From assembly GCA_951406725.2 (NCBI GenBank), contig OX597819.1:30380001-30444000 (forward strand): 64,000 nt of DNA, read 5' to 3'. The translations under genes were made by a program, and so were the position numbers. The DNA comes from Octopus vulgaris. Its lineage: Eukaryota. Below are positions 13,195-24,889 of this stretch, piece after piece. The notes beneath the pieces are model-generated. The model made no database searches. It was not told the DNA's origin and saw only the letters and a list, made by a program, of their open reading frames with translations. Every line of letters starts with the position of its first letter. The stretch's first letter is position 1.

Positions 13195-13604
13195 TTGGGG
13201 AAATTTCGAACTTGGGTTTTTATTCCCAAGGTATTTTTCGATGTGTTGTTGTTGATTCGTTTTTGACATAACTGTAATAACTTTATGATATATTGATATA
13301 CTGATTGTAAAATTACTATCCTTATAACTTTCAAAAATATCTGTTTATATATTATATTCTATATTCTATATTATATCTATTATGAATAACAGAATGCATC
13401 TAATATTAATAATATTAGTAATAACTGATTATTGTATATGCTTATAAATGCAAATATTTATGTATAATTCAGTATATATATAGGTATTTAAGTATATCTA
13501 TATATGTATGTATATGTATATCTATATATATAAGTTTTCAAATGTGTGTGTATTTTTATTTATTTTATATTTATATTTATTTATTCAGTAACATTATGTA
13601 CTTT

Positions 13605-13701
13605 ATAATCTCTGATGAAGTCTAGAGATACTTCACTCCACTTGAGTAATAAAGGTAGAATGAGGTATTTTTACCTCTTGGCTGAAACAGCTGTAAGTTA
13701 T
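13605..13701 (+). ncRNA. Type I hammerhead ribozyme with long stem II
   Basis: AUAAUCU CUGAUGA [agtc..agatacttca/tgaggtattt..ggct] GAAACAGCUGUA AGUUAU; palindromic stem III, GUA site. Confidence 0.7.
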
Positions 13702-13937
13702 TTTCCCAATTTATATTCATGTTTGTAATTTTATAATAATTACTGGTATCCTTATATATTAATATATTTTATATCTTATATGTAAGGCAAAATATGTTAT
13801 ATGCATGTATATTATTGTAATTATCAGTTTAGTAAATAAATAAATAAGTTAGCGAAATATAATGTCTAAAAGTTGATGAACCACCAATTGATCCCCTCCA
13901 TTTTCTTATTGCTATATATATATATATATATATATAT

Positions 13938-14299
13938 ATCATCATCATCATTTAACGTCCATTTTCCATGCTAGCATGGGTTGGACGATTCGACTGGGGT
14001 CTTGTAAGCCATGGAGGCTGCACCAGGTTCTAGTCTGATTTGGCAGTGTTTCTACAGCTGGATGCCCTTCCTAACACCAACCACTCCGTGAGTGTAGTGG
14101 GTGTTTTTTACGTGCCACCGGCACAGGAGCCAGAGCAGGCTGGCAACGGCCACGATCGGTTGGTGCTTTTACGTGTCACCGGCACGGACGCCAGTCAGGC
14201 GATGCTAGTATTGGCCACATTCAGATGGTGCTTTTTACGCGTCACCGGCATGGGTGTCTTAACAATAATTTCCATTTGAATTTTTATTTTGATGTTGAC

Positions 14300-14300
<1 letters not shown>
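13938..14300 (-). mobile_element. RTE 3'-UTR fragment
   Basis: Same 3' terminus, inserted in (TA)n. Confidence 0.85.
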
Positions 14301-14301
<1 letters not shown>

Positions 14302-14374
<73 letters not shown>

Positions 14375-14406
14375 TTTAACGTCCATGAAGGGACGTTAAA
14401 TGATGA

Positions 14407-14468
<62 letters not shown>

Positions 14469-14695
14469 TCATCATTTAATCATCTTGCGTCCATGCTAGA
14501 AACTGGGGTCTGGGAGCCCGACGCACCAGGCCAGTTAAGTGTTTCTACAGCTGATGCCTTCCTAACGCCAACCACTGAGGTGTAGTGGTGATTTTATGTA
14601 TATATATATGTGCCACCGACACAGGTATATATATATATATATACCGACACAGGTGCCAGATGAGGCTGCGGACGGCCACGATCGGATGGTGTTTG

Positions 14696-14779
<84 letters not shown>
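14302..14779. repeat. (TA)n arrays interleaved with RTE-tail scraps
   Basis: Several long TA runs. Confidence 0.95.
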
Positions 14780-14782
<3 letters not shown>

Positions 14783-15134
14783 GTAGGGTATATAATACCA
14801 CTTGCTAAAATTAGAAATAGATGTTAAAATGTTATTTTCAACTGAAGATTGCAGAGTATGTTTGTCATGCAAAGCATGAAATCAATTGATATTAAAATAT
14901 ACATTACTTACTGATGTATTCAACACAAAGGTAAGCCTATTTCTCATATGTTTATTGCATTGCTCACGTGTATCTTTATCGTGAGCTCATGCTGGTTTTT
15001 GGAGCATTGGGTCGGATTTTAGCAAGTGGTATTATATAACCTACTGAATTTAAATTTACCTTATATTGTGCTGGTAATGGTATGAACTTGCTAGCCATCT
15101 TATTTTTACCTTATTAATACTATTAATAACAGCA

Positions 15135-15500
15135 AGTGATCCCAGCTCCATCCAAGCGGGATCACTGCCAGAACAGCTGTCTGGCACTTAAAGAGCACCA
15201 TTTGAGCGTGATCGTTGTCAGTGTCACCTCATTGGCATTTGTGCCGGTGGAACGTGAACAAAACATTCGAGTGAGGTCGTTGCCAGTACCGCCAGACTGG
15301 CCCTCATGCCGGTGGCACTTTAAAAGCCACCCATTACACTCTCGGAGTGGTTGGCATTAGGAAGGGCATCAAGCTGTAGAAACTCTGCTAGATCAGATTG
15401 GAGCCTGGCACAGCCATCTTGTTCGCCAGTCTTCAGTCAAATTGTCCAACCCTTGCTAGCATGGAAAGCAGACGTTAAACAAGGATGATGATGCTGATGA
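15135..15500 (+). mobile_element. RTE 3'-UTR fragment
   Basis: Same core and tail, more diverged. Confidence 0.8.
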
Positions 15501-15938
15501 TATATATATATATATATTTTTATATGTGTATAGTATCAGTGCCATGAAAAATGCACCCAGTACACCCTATAAAATTAGTGGTGTCAGGAAAGACAAATAA
15601 CCATAGAAACCAAACCAAAAATAAACCAGACAAATCTATAACCCCGCCAGTTCATGTAAATGAGTAGTGTGTAGTACCCCTGAATATGTGCTGGCTTCAA
15701 CAATAGTAACTCATCCAACCCATTCCAGCATGGGAAACAGATGTAAAATAATGCTGCTGCTGCTGCTGATGTCAACAAGGTGAGTGTGCGTGTGCACATG
15801 TGTGCATGTGTGTGAGAGAGAGTGTTTATGAGTGTGTGTGTGTGTGTGCGCGTGCAAATGCATGTGTATGTGTGCACATGCATGTGTGCGTGTGCACATG
15901 CATGTGTGTGTGTGTGTCTATGTGTGCCTTTGTGTATA

Positions 15939-16162
15939 TATTTCTTTACTACTCACAAGGGGCTAAACACAGCGGGGACAAACAAGGACAGACAGATTAA
16001 CTTGATTATATTGATCCCAGTGCGTAACTGGTACTTATTTAATCGACCCCGAAAGGATGAAAGGCAAAGTCGACCTCGGCGAAATTTGAACTCGGAACGT
16101 AATGACAGACAAAATATGGCTATGCATTTCACCCGGTGTGCTAACGTTTCTGCCAGCTCGCT
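15939..16162 (-). mobile_element. SINE family B
   Basis: Same sequence; TSD tgcctttgtgtata. Confidence 0.9.
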
Positions 16163-16657
16163 GCCTTTGTGTATAGTAGTATTCACTGGTGTAAATTCCT
16201 TGTGGTATTTACTCCTTAATCAGAGCTAATTCTCTTAAAGGGGCCATGAGTCAGAGTAAGCAAATACTAGATTAAGTAGTGAAGATGATATAATTGACAA
16301 AACTCCCTTTGAGCTGATGCCCCAGCATGGCCACAGATCATGGAATGAAATTAGCATAGAAACCAAAAGAATTCTCTTCCTTTTGTTAAGCACTTCGTTA
16401 TAAAGGAGACCTGGAATTTGTTGTTTATCTAAGCTAAAATAGACAAGTAGGTTAAATTACCCAATCTGTGTATAAAGTACAGCCATATACATTCACTATA
16501 AAACACTCATTGTGTACTGGTTGATAGTTGAATAATATTGTCATTGCCCTCCATTATATAACTTTCTCTATCTCTCTAGATTCAACCTAGTTCAACTTAA
16601 AATGGTGTTCCCACAATGTTTTTCTTTCTCGGCATTTATACTCTACATTTTCCTTAA

Positions 16658-17390
16658 CCCTTACGCTACCAACCCGGCTGAAACCCGCTCTGGCTCTGAG
16701 TAAAAATGTCTTATAATAAAATAATAATAATGAAATTATTGTATACAGTGCTCAGGTGCACCACAACTTGTCAGAGTATATGCAGTAATGTACAAATGTC
16801 TGGAAAGTGAACAATGCATGAGTCAGATACATGCTTGTGTGTGTATGGAGGGGAGAAAATCAGGTGTAGTGTTGGCGAATCTCAGGAAGCATGGAAGTTT
16901 TGAAGGATGCAGTGCTCCGACAACTAACAACTGATGCCGGCAGTTTGTTCCATGCTTCAGCAACTCTCAGCGTGAAAAAATGTTTCCTGAAGTCATGGGA
17001 GCTGTGCTGTTTTCTGACTTTGTAAATATGTCCACGGGTGTTAGATGGGTGGAGTTTGTAAAGGTGCTCAGAGTTATTGTTTGTACGATGGTTGATAATT
17101 TTATGTGTGTCTGCCAAGTCAGCTGCCAGACGTCGGAGTTTCAATGTGTCCATGCCCAGTGAAGTAAGGCGTTCAGGATATGGCAAATGCCTGATGGAGG
17201 GTATTCTTTTGGTTGCACGTCACTTGTTTTCATAAGTTTGGAATTAAAATCTTCCACTAAACCTTAGTCAAAATCTATGTTCCTAACACTAGCTGAATGA
17301 TTACTAAGTTATTTTACTAAATCCTTTGTTATACTTAAAGTAATTGAAAGAAACACAGAGCATCTCAAAATAAATACAGTAACGAAAGGT
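16658..17390. mobile_element. piggyBac-like MITE interrupted by a CR1/L2 fragment
   Basis: Halves match 60214-60423; TTAA flanks. Confidence 0.8.
16713..17222 (-). mobile_element. CR1/L2-group LINE 3' fragment
   Basis: YPERLTSLGMDTLKLRR...TRGH...RKHFFTLRVAEAWNKLP, typical CR1-group ORF2 C-terminus; (TTA)n tail. Confidence 0.85.
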
Positions 17391-18132
17391 TTAATACTTC
17401 AACATTGATAATTTATACAGATTTCCCTCCCTCACAACCACTAAATTAAAACATTGTATACCTACATATAAATACTACAATATAATTAATTTTATTTCTT
17501 TGCTTATAAAGTTTGTTTCATGCACATGTTAAGTTTAAAGCTAGTACTGTGGAATAGTGGCATGACTCCAGTATTTCAAGCCTGAAACACAGGTTCAATT
17601 TCTAGTTGAACCTATTCCTTGAAATTGTTATTTCTGACCAAAGTCAATAGTCTTCAAAGGACACAGACTTTACCAGGATCATATCTGATAACACAATGTG
17701 AGATGACACATCTTTCTATGTGGATGAACCATCCATTAATAGTTTCAATAATTTTTTTTCATTTTTCAACTAGAATTTACATATATAATTTTAGGTCTTT
17801 ATTATTATCATTATTATTTGAGAGAACCATAAGCACGCTGGGCAAAATTCTTAGCAGAATTTTGTCTGTCTTCATGTTCTGCCAAACAGTTCTTACTCCT
17901 CTCTTTCAATACCTTATATAAAGTAACCACTTTATCTCCTATTCTCCTTCTTTGGCAAGAGGGCTCTTTAGTTTTGCTAATTATAAGACAACCTCCCTAA
18001 TGACGGTGCCATGAAAAAAAATATTCAATATACTCAGTAAAGTGATTGGCTTTAAGAAGGGCACCCAACCATAGGAACCATGCCAAAACTGAAACTCCAG
18101 AGCAAGATGTTAGTGACAGAAAAGGCTTCTGA

Positions 18133-18913
18133 GGCGAGCTGGCAGAAACGTTAGCACACCGGGTGAAATGCTTAGCGGTATTTCGTCTGCCGTTATGTTC
18201 TGAGTTCAAATTCCACCGCGGTTGACTTTGCCTTTCATCCTTTCGGGGTCGATAAATTAAGTGCCAGTTACGCACTGGGGTTGATATAATTGACTTAATC
18301 CATTTGTCTGTCCTTGTTTGCCCTCTCTGTGCTTAGCCCCTTGTGGGTAGTAAAGAAATAGGTATTTCGTCTGCCGCTAAGTTCTGAGTTCAAATTCCGC
18401 TGAGGTTGACTTTGCCTTTCATCCTTTCGGGGTCGATAAATTAAGTACCAGTTACGCACTGGGGTCGATGTAATCGACTTAATCCGTTTGTCTGTCCTTG
18501 TTTGTCCTCTCTGTGCTTAGCCCCTTGTGGGTAGTAAAGAAATAGGTATTTCGTCTGCCGCTAAGTTCTGAGTTCAAATTCCGCCGAGGTTGACTTTGCC
18601 TTTCATCCTTTCGGGGTCGATAAATTAAGTACCAGTTACGCACAGGGGTCGATGTAATCAACTTAATCCGTTTGTCTGTCCTTGTTTGTCCTCTCTGTGC
18701 TTAGCCCCTTATGGGTAGTAAAGAAATAGGTATTTCGTCTGCCGCTACGTTCTGAGTTCAAATTCCGCCGAGGTTGACTTTGCCTTTCATCCTTTCAGGG
18801 TCGATTAAATAAGTACCAGTTACGCACTGGGGTCGATATAATCGACTTAATCCATTTGTTTGTCCTTGTTTGTCACCTCTATGTTTGTCACCCTTGTGGG
18901 CAATAGAAAAATA
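18133..18913 (+). mobile_element. SINE family B concatemer: one head plus four 184-bp units
   Basis: Units start ggtatttcgtctgccg at 18177, 18361, 18545, 18729; TSD agaaaaggcttctga at 18118-18132 and 18914-18928. Confidence 0.92.
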
Positions 18914-19036
18914 AGAAAAGGCTTCTGACAAAAGTAAATCTACCTCAACAAATTCCGTTTGACTCATACAAGCACGAAAAGTGGAAGTAAAAATGATGAT
19001 AGTGATAGTAACAAATTTATTGTAATATTTAATACA

Positions 19037-19215
19037 AAGGCGACGAGCTGGCAGAATCGTTAGTGTGCAGGACATAATGATTAGCGGCATTTCGTCCGTA
19101 GTTACTCTTTGAGTTCAAATTCTACTAAAGTCGACTTTGCTGTTCATCAGAGATATTTTGGTAAAATAAGCACCAGTTGAACACTGGAGTCGATGCAATC
19201 GATTTACCCCCCTCC
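19037..19215 (+). mobile_element. SINE family B, older partial copy
   Basis: ggcgacgagctggcagaatcgttag head and gttcaaattc B box. Confidence 0.75.
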
Positions 19216-19325
19216 CCCCACCGAAATAAACCAATATTTATTTACTATATATTGTTAAAGTTAACAACGAAGGAAAATTTTCAGTCTTGAAATTTTATTA
19301 AAAATATAATTTAGCATAAGCTGTG

Positions 19326-19735
19326 GGTTCTTTTCGGTTTGAACGGCAGTTTTTTCTAGCAGTGTCATATGAAATTGTCACCCATAATTATCACCCTAGT
19401 ATCGATCTATTGCATTTCAATCTGTTTTAGGGTTAGGGGTATGGGGAATGGTCTCTTTTTTCTTCCCAAATGTAAATAAACCCAATCTGTTTCTTAAACG
19501 AGGGACGTATTCATACGGCACAGAATGTTGTTTACCTCAATGGACGTCATTGATTAGTTGAAACTGCAGAAACTAAAGAAAAAAAACAACAAATATCTTA
19601 CAAACTATAGAATTTTCTGAATAAAGCCAAGAGAAAAAGATGTTTTATAAACACATTCTACCAGTATATGAAGTTTAAAATTTTTTAGTTACCTAGAAAT
19701 TATGTTAAAAACTGCCGTTCAAACCGAAAAGATCC
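19326..19735. mobile_element. MITE, same GGATC-TIR family
   Basis: Both TIRs present; no matching TSD seen. Confidence 0.85.
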
Positions 19736-21327
19736 AATATTTGTTATCTAAATTTGTAACAAGTGAAACAATTTTCCTTCTGTAAATTATAGTAATTAGG
19801 CATCACAGTAACATTTATATCTAACTTTTAACCAATCATCTTTTGTGATTTTCGGTTCATATAAAAAGTGAGGTTTTCCGAACAAAGGGAGATAATCCGA
19901 ATCTAAGTTGTTTCCCCTGGCTGCAGCTCGCTGAGTTTAAATGTTGATGTCCTTTGTTGCTCTTGATATGAATGTTTAGCCCTACGTCAACCTTGATTGA
20001 GCAAAAATATTATCGAAATTATTCCAGTATTGATCCCCTTTTTGTTTATCTACATATCTATTTGTTTTTTAATGGACGCATACGTTTAATATTACATTAT
20101 CCCGTATCGTATTGTTTTAAGATAATAAGGTGTGATTTAAGGGACATTTGGCTGCTATGTTTTACAGATAAAGTGACCAGGTAAAGGCTCCTTTGAAATT
20201 CACTAGACTCTTGGGCTGCGATGCTTATTACTAGGGGAATGCGAGAGTAGAGGAATTGCAGGACTGGTATAGACAAAATATCCTTATGGTATTTAGTTGC
20301 ATAATTTTAAACACAGAATTCAGATTGCACCAAGGTCAATTTTGCACTTCTCCAGGGGCTTCATGAAATAGCTAGCAGTCTTGTGGAGGATCAATATAAA
20401 CGACTGTCACCTTTTACCAAATATGTTGCCATGGGCCTAAGTCAAAAACATTGTGAATATTTTTCAGTGACTAGATTTCTATATATAGAGAAATCAGTAT
20501 CTTTTATGCTTTCTGCTTTTCCAGTCAAACCCATGCCAGCATGGAAAGCAGATGCTAAATGATGGTGATGATGATGAGGAAGAGGATATATATGTGTGTA
20601 TATATATATATGTGTGTATACATATACATATATAAGAGAACAAAGTGTACATATATATATATTTAGTTAATCCAAACATGAAGACACAACAACGCGAGGA
20701 CATGGAACAAGTATAGTATTATTGGACGCTTAGGAAAGAAGGAGGGTTTAACGTTTCTAGTGGAGCTCTACGTCAGAAACATAAGAAAAGGAAAGATCCA
20801 AAGAAGGGAATATATATACGAGCTAAACGCACCCACTCCAATGGACGGTGCTGTGTTGTCAAAAATTTAAACCAAATTTTCTCAAAACAATTTGTCCGAC
20901 CGTCCCATAGGCCTCTCCTTTGGGAAACACTGATTTAACCTAAATTTGAGACACCAGCAAAAGAAGAAATAAAGATAGACATTTTTTCTATTCCAAAGAA
21001 AAACAATTTTATTCAAACAAATATGCAACTGAAGAGTTTAAAGTACCAGTAATGATAAGGCTGTTGATTGGAAGAACACAAACATGGTTTAAATAGTAAG
21101 CTTGGCAAGAAAGAAACGTGCCTTTAAGCAGTACAAAAACAACAACAAATGGAAGGTGCAGTTATGTATAGGTTGACAGAACAAAAACGGCTTTATTGAT
21201 TGCATTCTCACCTGGAATCGATTTTTGTATCTATATATCAAATTTGAGCACAATCGGATGGAGGATACCCAAGATCCTAGAAGACACACACACAGACAGA
21301 AAGAATGGATTTTATATAAGATATATA

Positions 21328-24300
21328 TATGAGGGCAGGGAACACTGACGGGGTCGGGGGCGTGTGTATACTTCTTGCAGAGAAATGGGTAGGTAAGGTA
21401 ATTGAGGTAGTCAGAGTAAGTGACAGAGTAATTAAAATTAGATTAGTTCTTCACCACAGGACAGTTACCATCATCTCGGCATATGCCCCTCAGCCAGGGC
21501 TACCAGAAGGACAAAAAGACCAATTCTATGACACCCTATTGCGAACTACCTCGTTGACAAATGACAGTGACCTTCTCTTCGTGGCAGGTGATTTCAATGG
21601 ACATGTCGGACGGCATGTCGGGGGCTTCCATGGCGTCCATGGAGGCTATGGTTTCGGCTCTCGTAATGAGGAGGGAACCAGGCTGCTGGAGTTCTGCGAT
21701 GCAAATGACCTTATGGTCTGCAATACCAACTTCAGGAAACTCTCCTCTCACCTAGTCACCTACCGTTCTGGCAGACACACCAGCCAGATTGACTACATCC
21801 TTGCCAGAAAAAGGGAAAGAGGGCTGATTATAAATGCCAAAACCTTTCCAGGCGAAGAATGCACTCCTCAACATAGATTAGTAGTTAGCGACTTTAGGAT
21901 CAGAGCTAAATGGTTGCCCAGAAGAAGACCTGCTTGGAGGAGAAGGGTCTGGAAGCTTAAAGATCCTGCAAATGGACAGAGATTTAGAGACATACTACTC
22001 GAAGCCTTTGACGAAATAGAAGGGGATATAGCTTCACTTAATGTGGAAGACAACTGGAGATTTCTACGGGACAATCTGCTGACAGCCACTGACCAGATCT
22101 GTGGATGGAGCAAAGTACCGTCTCAACCCAGAGTAACATGGTGGTGGAACACTGTGGTTGACAGGGCTATTAGACAAAAGAGACAGGCTTGGAAGGACTG
22201 GAAGAACGGTGGTAGCAGGGAATTGTATCAGACAGCCAGAAGGGAAGCTAGGAGACAGGTTTATTTAGACAGAGTGGAAGCGGATAAGAACAAATTTGCC
22301 AATGTTCTGCGCCATGAGGATGAAAGACTTGAGGTATTTCGTGTTGTAAGACAGTGTGTGAGAGAGAATCGTGATGTGGTAGGAGAGAAGTGTGTTCGCA
22401 TGGATGATGGTTCACTTGCGCTAAATGAGGAAGCAAAGAGAGAGGTTTGGAGATGCCACTATGAAAGGTTGCTGAATAAAGAAAATGAATGGGATAAAGA
22501 GAGTCTGCCGAATGTTGACCCAACAGAGGGACCAGCTATCCGAGTTGATAGTTCCGTGGTAGCTAAGGCAATTAGAAGCATGAGGACAGGGAAAGCCCCA
22601 GGCCCATCAGGAATTACTGCAGAGATGCTCAAAATATCTGGCAGTGTCGGCTATAGCCTAGTCACCCGTATAGTTAATCAGGTGATACACGAAGGAGTCA
22701 TACCCAATGACTGGTGTAGCAGCGTACTAGTCAACTGCTACAAAGGTAAAGGTGATGCCCTAGATACAAATAATTACAGAGGTATCAAGCTGTTGGATCA
22801 GGTAATGAAGGTTACGGAGAGGGTCATAGCCCAACAAATTAGAGAGAGAGTTAGTTTAGATGAGATGCAGTTTGGGTTTGTGCCAGGGAAAAGCACCACT
22901 GATGCTATATTCCTGGTAAGGCAGCTGCAGGAGAAATACCTAGCCAAAGATAGGCCCCTGTACCTGGCTTTCGTTGACATGGAGAAAGCCTTTGATAGGG
23001 TCCCCCAATCCCTCATCTGGTGGTCAATGAGGAAACTAGGGATAGATGAATGGCTGGTGAGGGCTGTACAAGCCATGTACAGAGATGCCGTAAGCAAGGT
23101 TAGGGTTGGCAACATGTACACAGAAGAATTCAAAGTAGAGGTTGGGGTCCACCAGGGTTCAGTACTCAGCCCCCTCCTATTTATCATAGTCCTCCAGGCA
23201 ATAACAGAGGAATTCAAGACAGGTTGCCCCTGGGAGCTCCTCTATGCTGACGACCTTGCTCTAATTGCTGAGTCACTATCAGAACTGGAGGAGAAGTTCC
23301 AGGTGTGGAAGGAGGGTTTAGAATCGAGGGGCCTTAGAGTCAACCTAGCTAAAACCAAAGTACTAATAAGTAGAAAGGTAGGCAATCCACAAATGTCCTC
23401 AGGAAGATGGCCCTGCTCGATCTGTAGAAAAGGTGTAGGTAGAAACTCTATAAAATGTACCCAGTGTAAGCTATGGACACATAAGAGGTGCAGCAATGTC
23501 AAAGGTAGGCTAACTGGGAAGACAGTCTTTATATGTGGCAGATGCTCGGGAGCATTGACCTCCGAAAATCTGCAGAAAACAACTTCCGTCACTTTCCAGG
23601 GGGAAAAATTAGAAGTAGTTGATAGCTTCCGTTATCAAGGTGACCAAGTCAGTAGTGGGGGTGGGTGCGCTGAGAGTGTAACTGCTAGAATAAGAATAGC
23701 CTGGGCAAAGTTTAGGGAGCTCTTACCTCTGCTGGTGACTAAAGGCCTCTCGCTCAGAGTAAAGGGCAGACTGTATGAAGCATGTGTTCGAACTGCCATG
23801 CTACATGGCAGTGAAACATGGGCCGTGACTGCTGAGGACATGCGTAAGCTCATGAGGAATGAAGCCAGTATGCTCCGATAGATGTGTAATGTCAGTGTAC
23901 TTACTCAACTGAGTGTTAGTTCCCTAAGAGAAATGTTGTACCTAAGAAGCATCAGTTGTTGCGTGCAAGAGAGACGATTGCAATGGTATGGTCATGTGGC
24001 GAGAATGGATGAAGATAGGTGTGTGAGAAAGTGCCAATCCCTAGCAGTTGAGGGAACCCATGGAAGAGGTAGACCCAGGAAAACCTGGGACGAGGTGGTG
24101 AAGCACGACCTTCGAACATTAGGTCTCACCATGGAAATGACCAGAGACCGAGACCTATGGAAGTATGCTAGTGAAGCCATAACCCGTGGCCCCTACCTGG
24201 GGCGTAGTCAGTCCGCCTGTGCATACCTTCCTTCTTGTGACACTTGTGAAGACCTGTTGAGGCAAGTCAAATCGAATCAAGTCAAACCAAATCAAAATAG

Positions 24301-24770
24301 ATGAACATCAATGGAATTTGTATCTTTGTGGTACCAGTGCCGGTGGCACACAAGAAAACCATCCGAACGTGGCCGTAGCCAGTACCGCATCGACTGGCCT
24401 CCGTGCTGCGGGCACGTAACAAACACCATCCGATCGTGGCCGTTTGCCAGCCTCGTCTGGCACCTGTGTCGGTGGCACATAAAAACACCATCCGAGCGTG
24501 GCCGTCTGCCAGCCTCGTCTGGCACCTGTGTCGGTGGCACATAAAAAACACCATCCGTGCGTGGCCGTTCGCCAGCCTCGTCTGGCACCTGTGTCGGTGG
24601 CACATAAAATCACCCACTACACTCTCGGAGTGGTTGGCGTTAGGAAGGGCATCCAGCTGTAGAAACACTGCCAGATCTGACTGGCCTGGTGCAGCCTTCG
24701 GGCTCCCCAGACCCCAGTTGAACCATCCAACCCATGCTAGCATGGAAAACAGACGCTAAATAAATGATGA
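21328..24770 (+). mobile_element. RTE-clade LINE, 5'-truncated (partial APE endonuclease, RT, 3' UTR)
   Basis: 850-aa ORF with AYAPQ, GDFNGH, SQIDYIL (APE) and [27 protein letters not shown] (RT); GRGRPRKTW tail past a TAG at 23879-23881; 3' UTR ends in palindrome CCATGCTAGCATGG plus (TGA)n. Confidence 0.95.
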
Positions 24771-24835
24771 TATATACATACACAAACACACACACACACA
24801 CACACATATATATACATATATATATAAAATGTATA

Positions 24836-24884
<49 letters not shown>

Positions 24885-24889
24885 ATAAT

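Noticed and set aside
18177-18913. CRISPR array or hammerhead retrozyme
   Set aside because: Units are contiguous with no unique spacers, the context is eukaryotic, and I found no CUGANGA core on either strand.
21329-23881. Fully autonomous active LINE or domesticated host gene
   Set aside because: The ATG derives from the flanking TA run, the endonuclease N-terminus is missing, and it carries a premature stop and other lesions.
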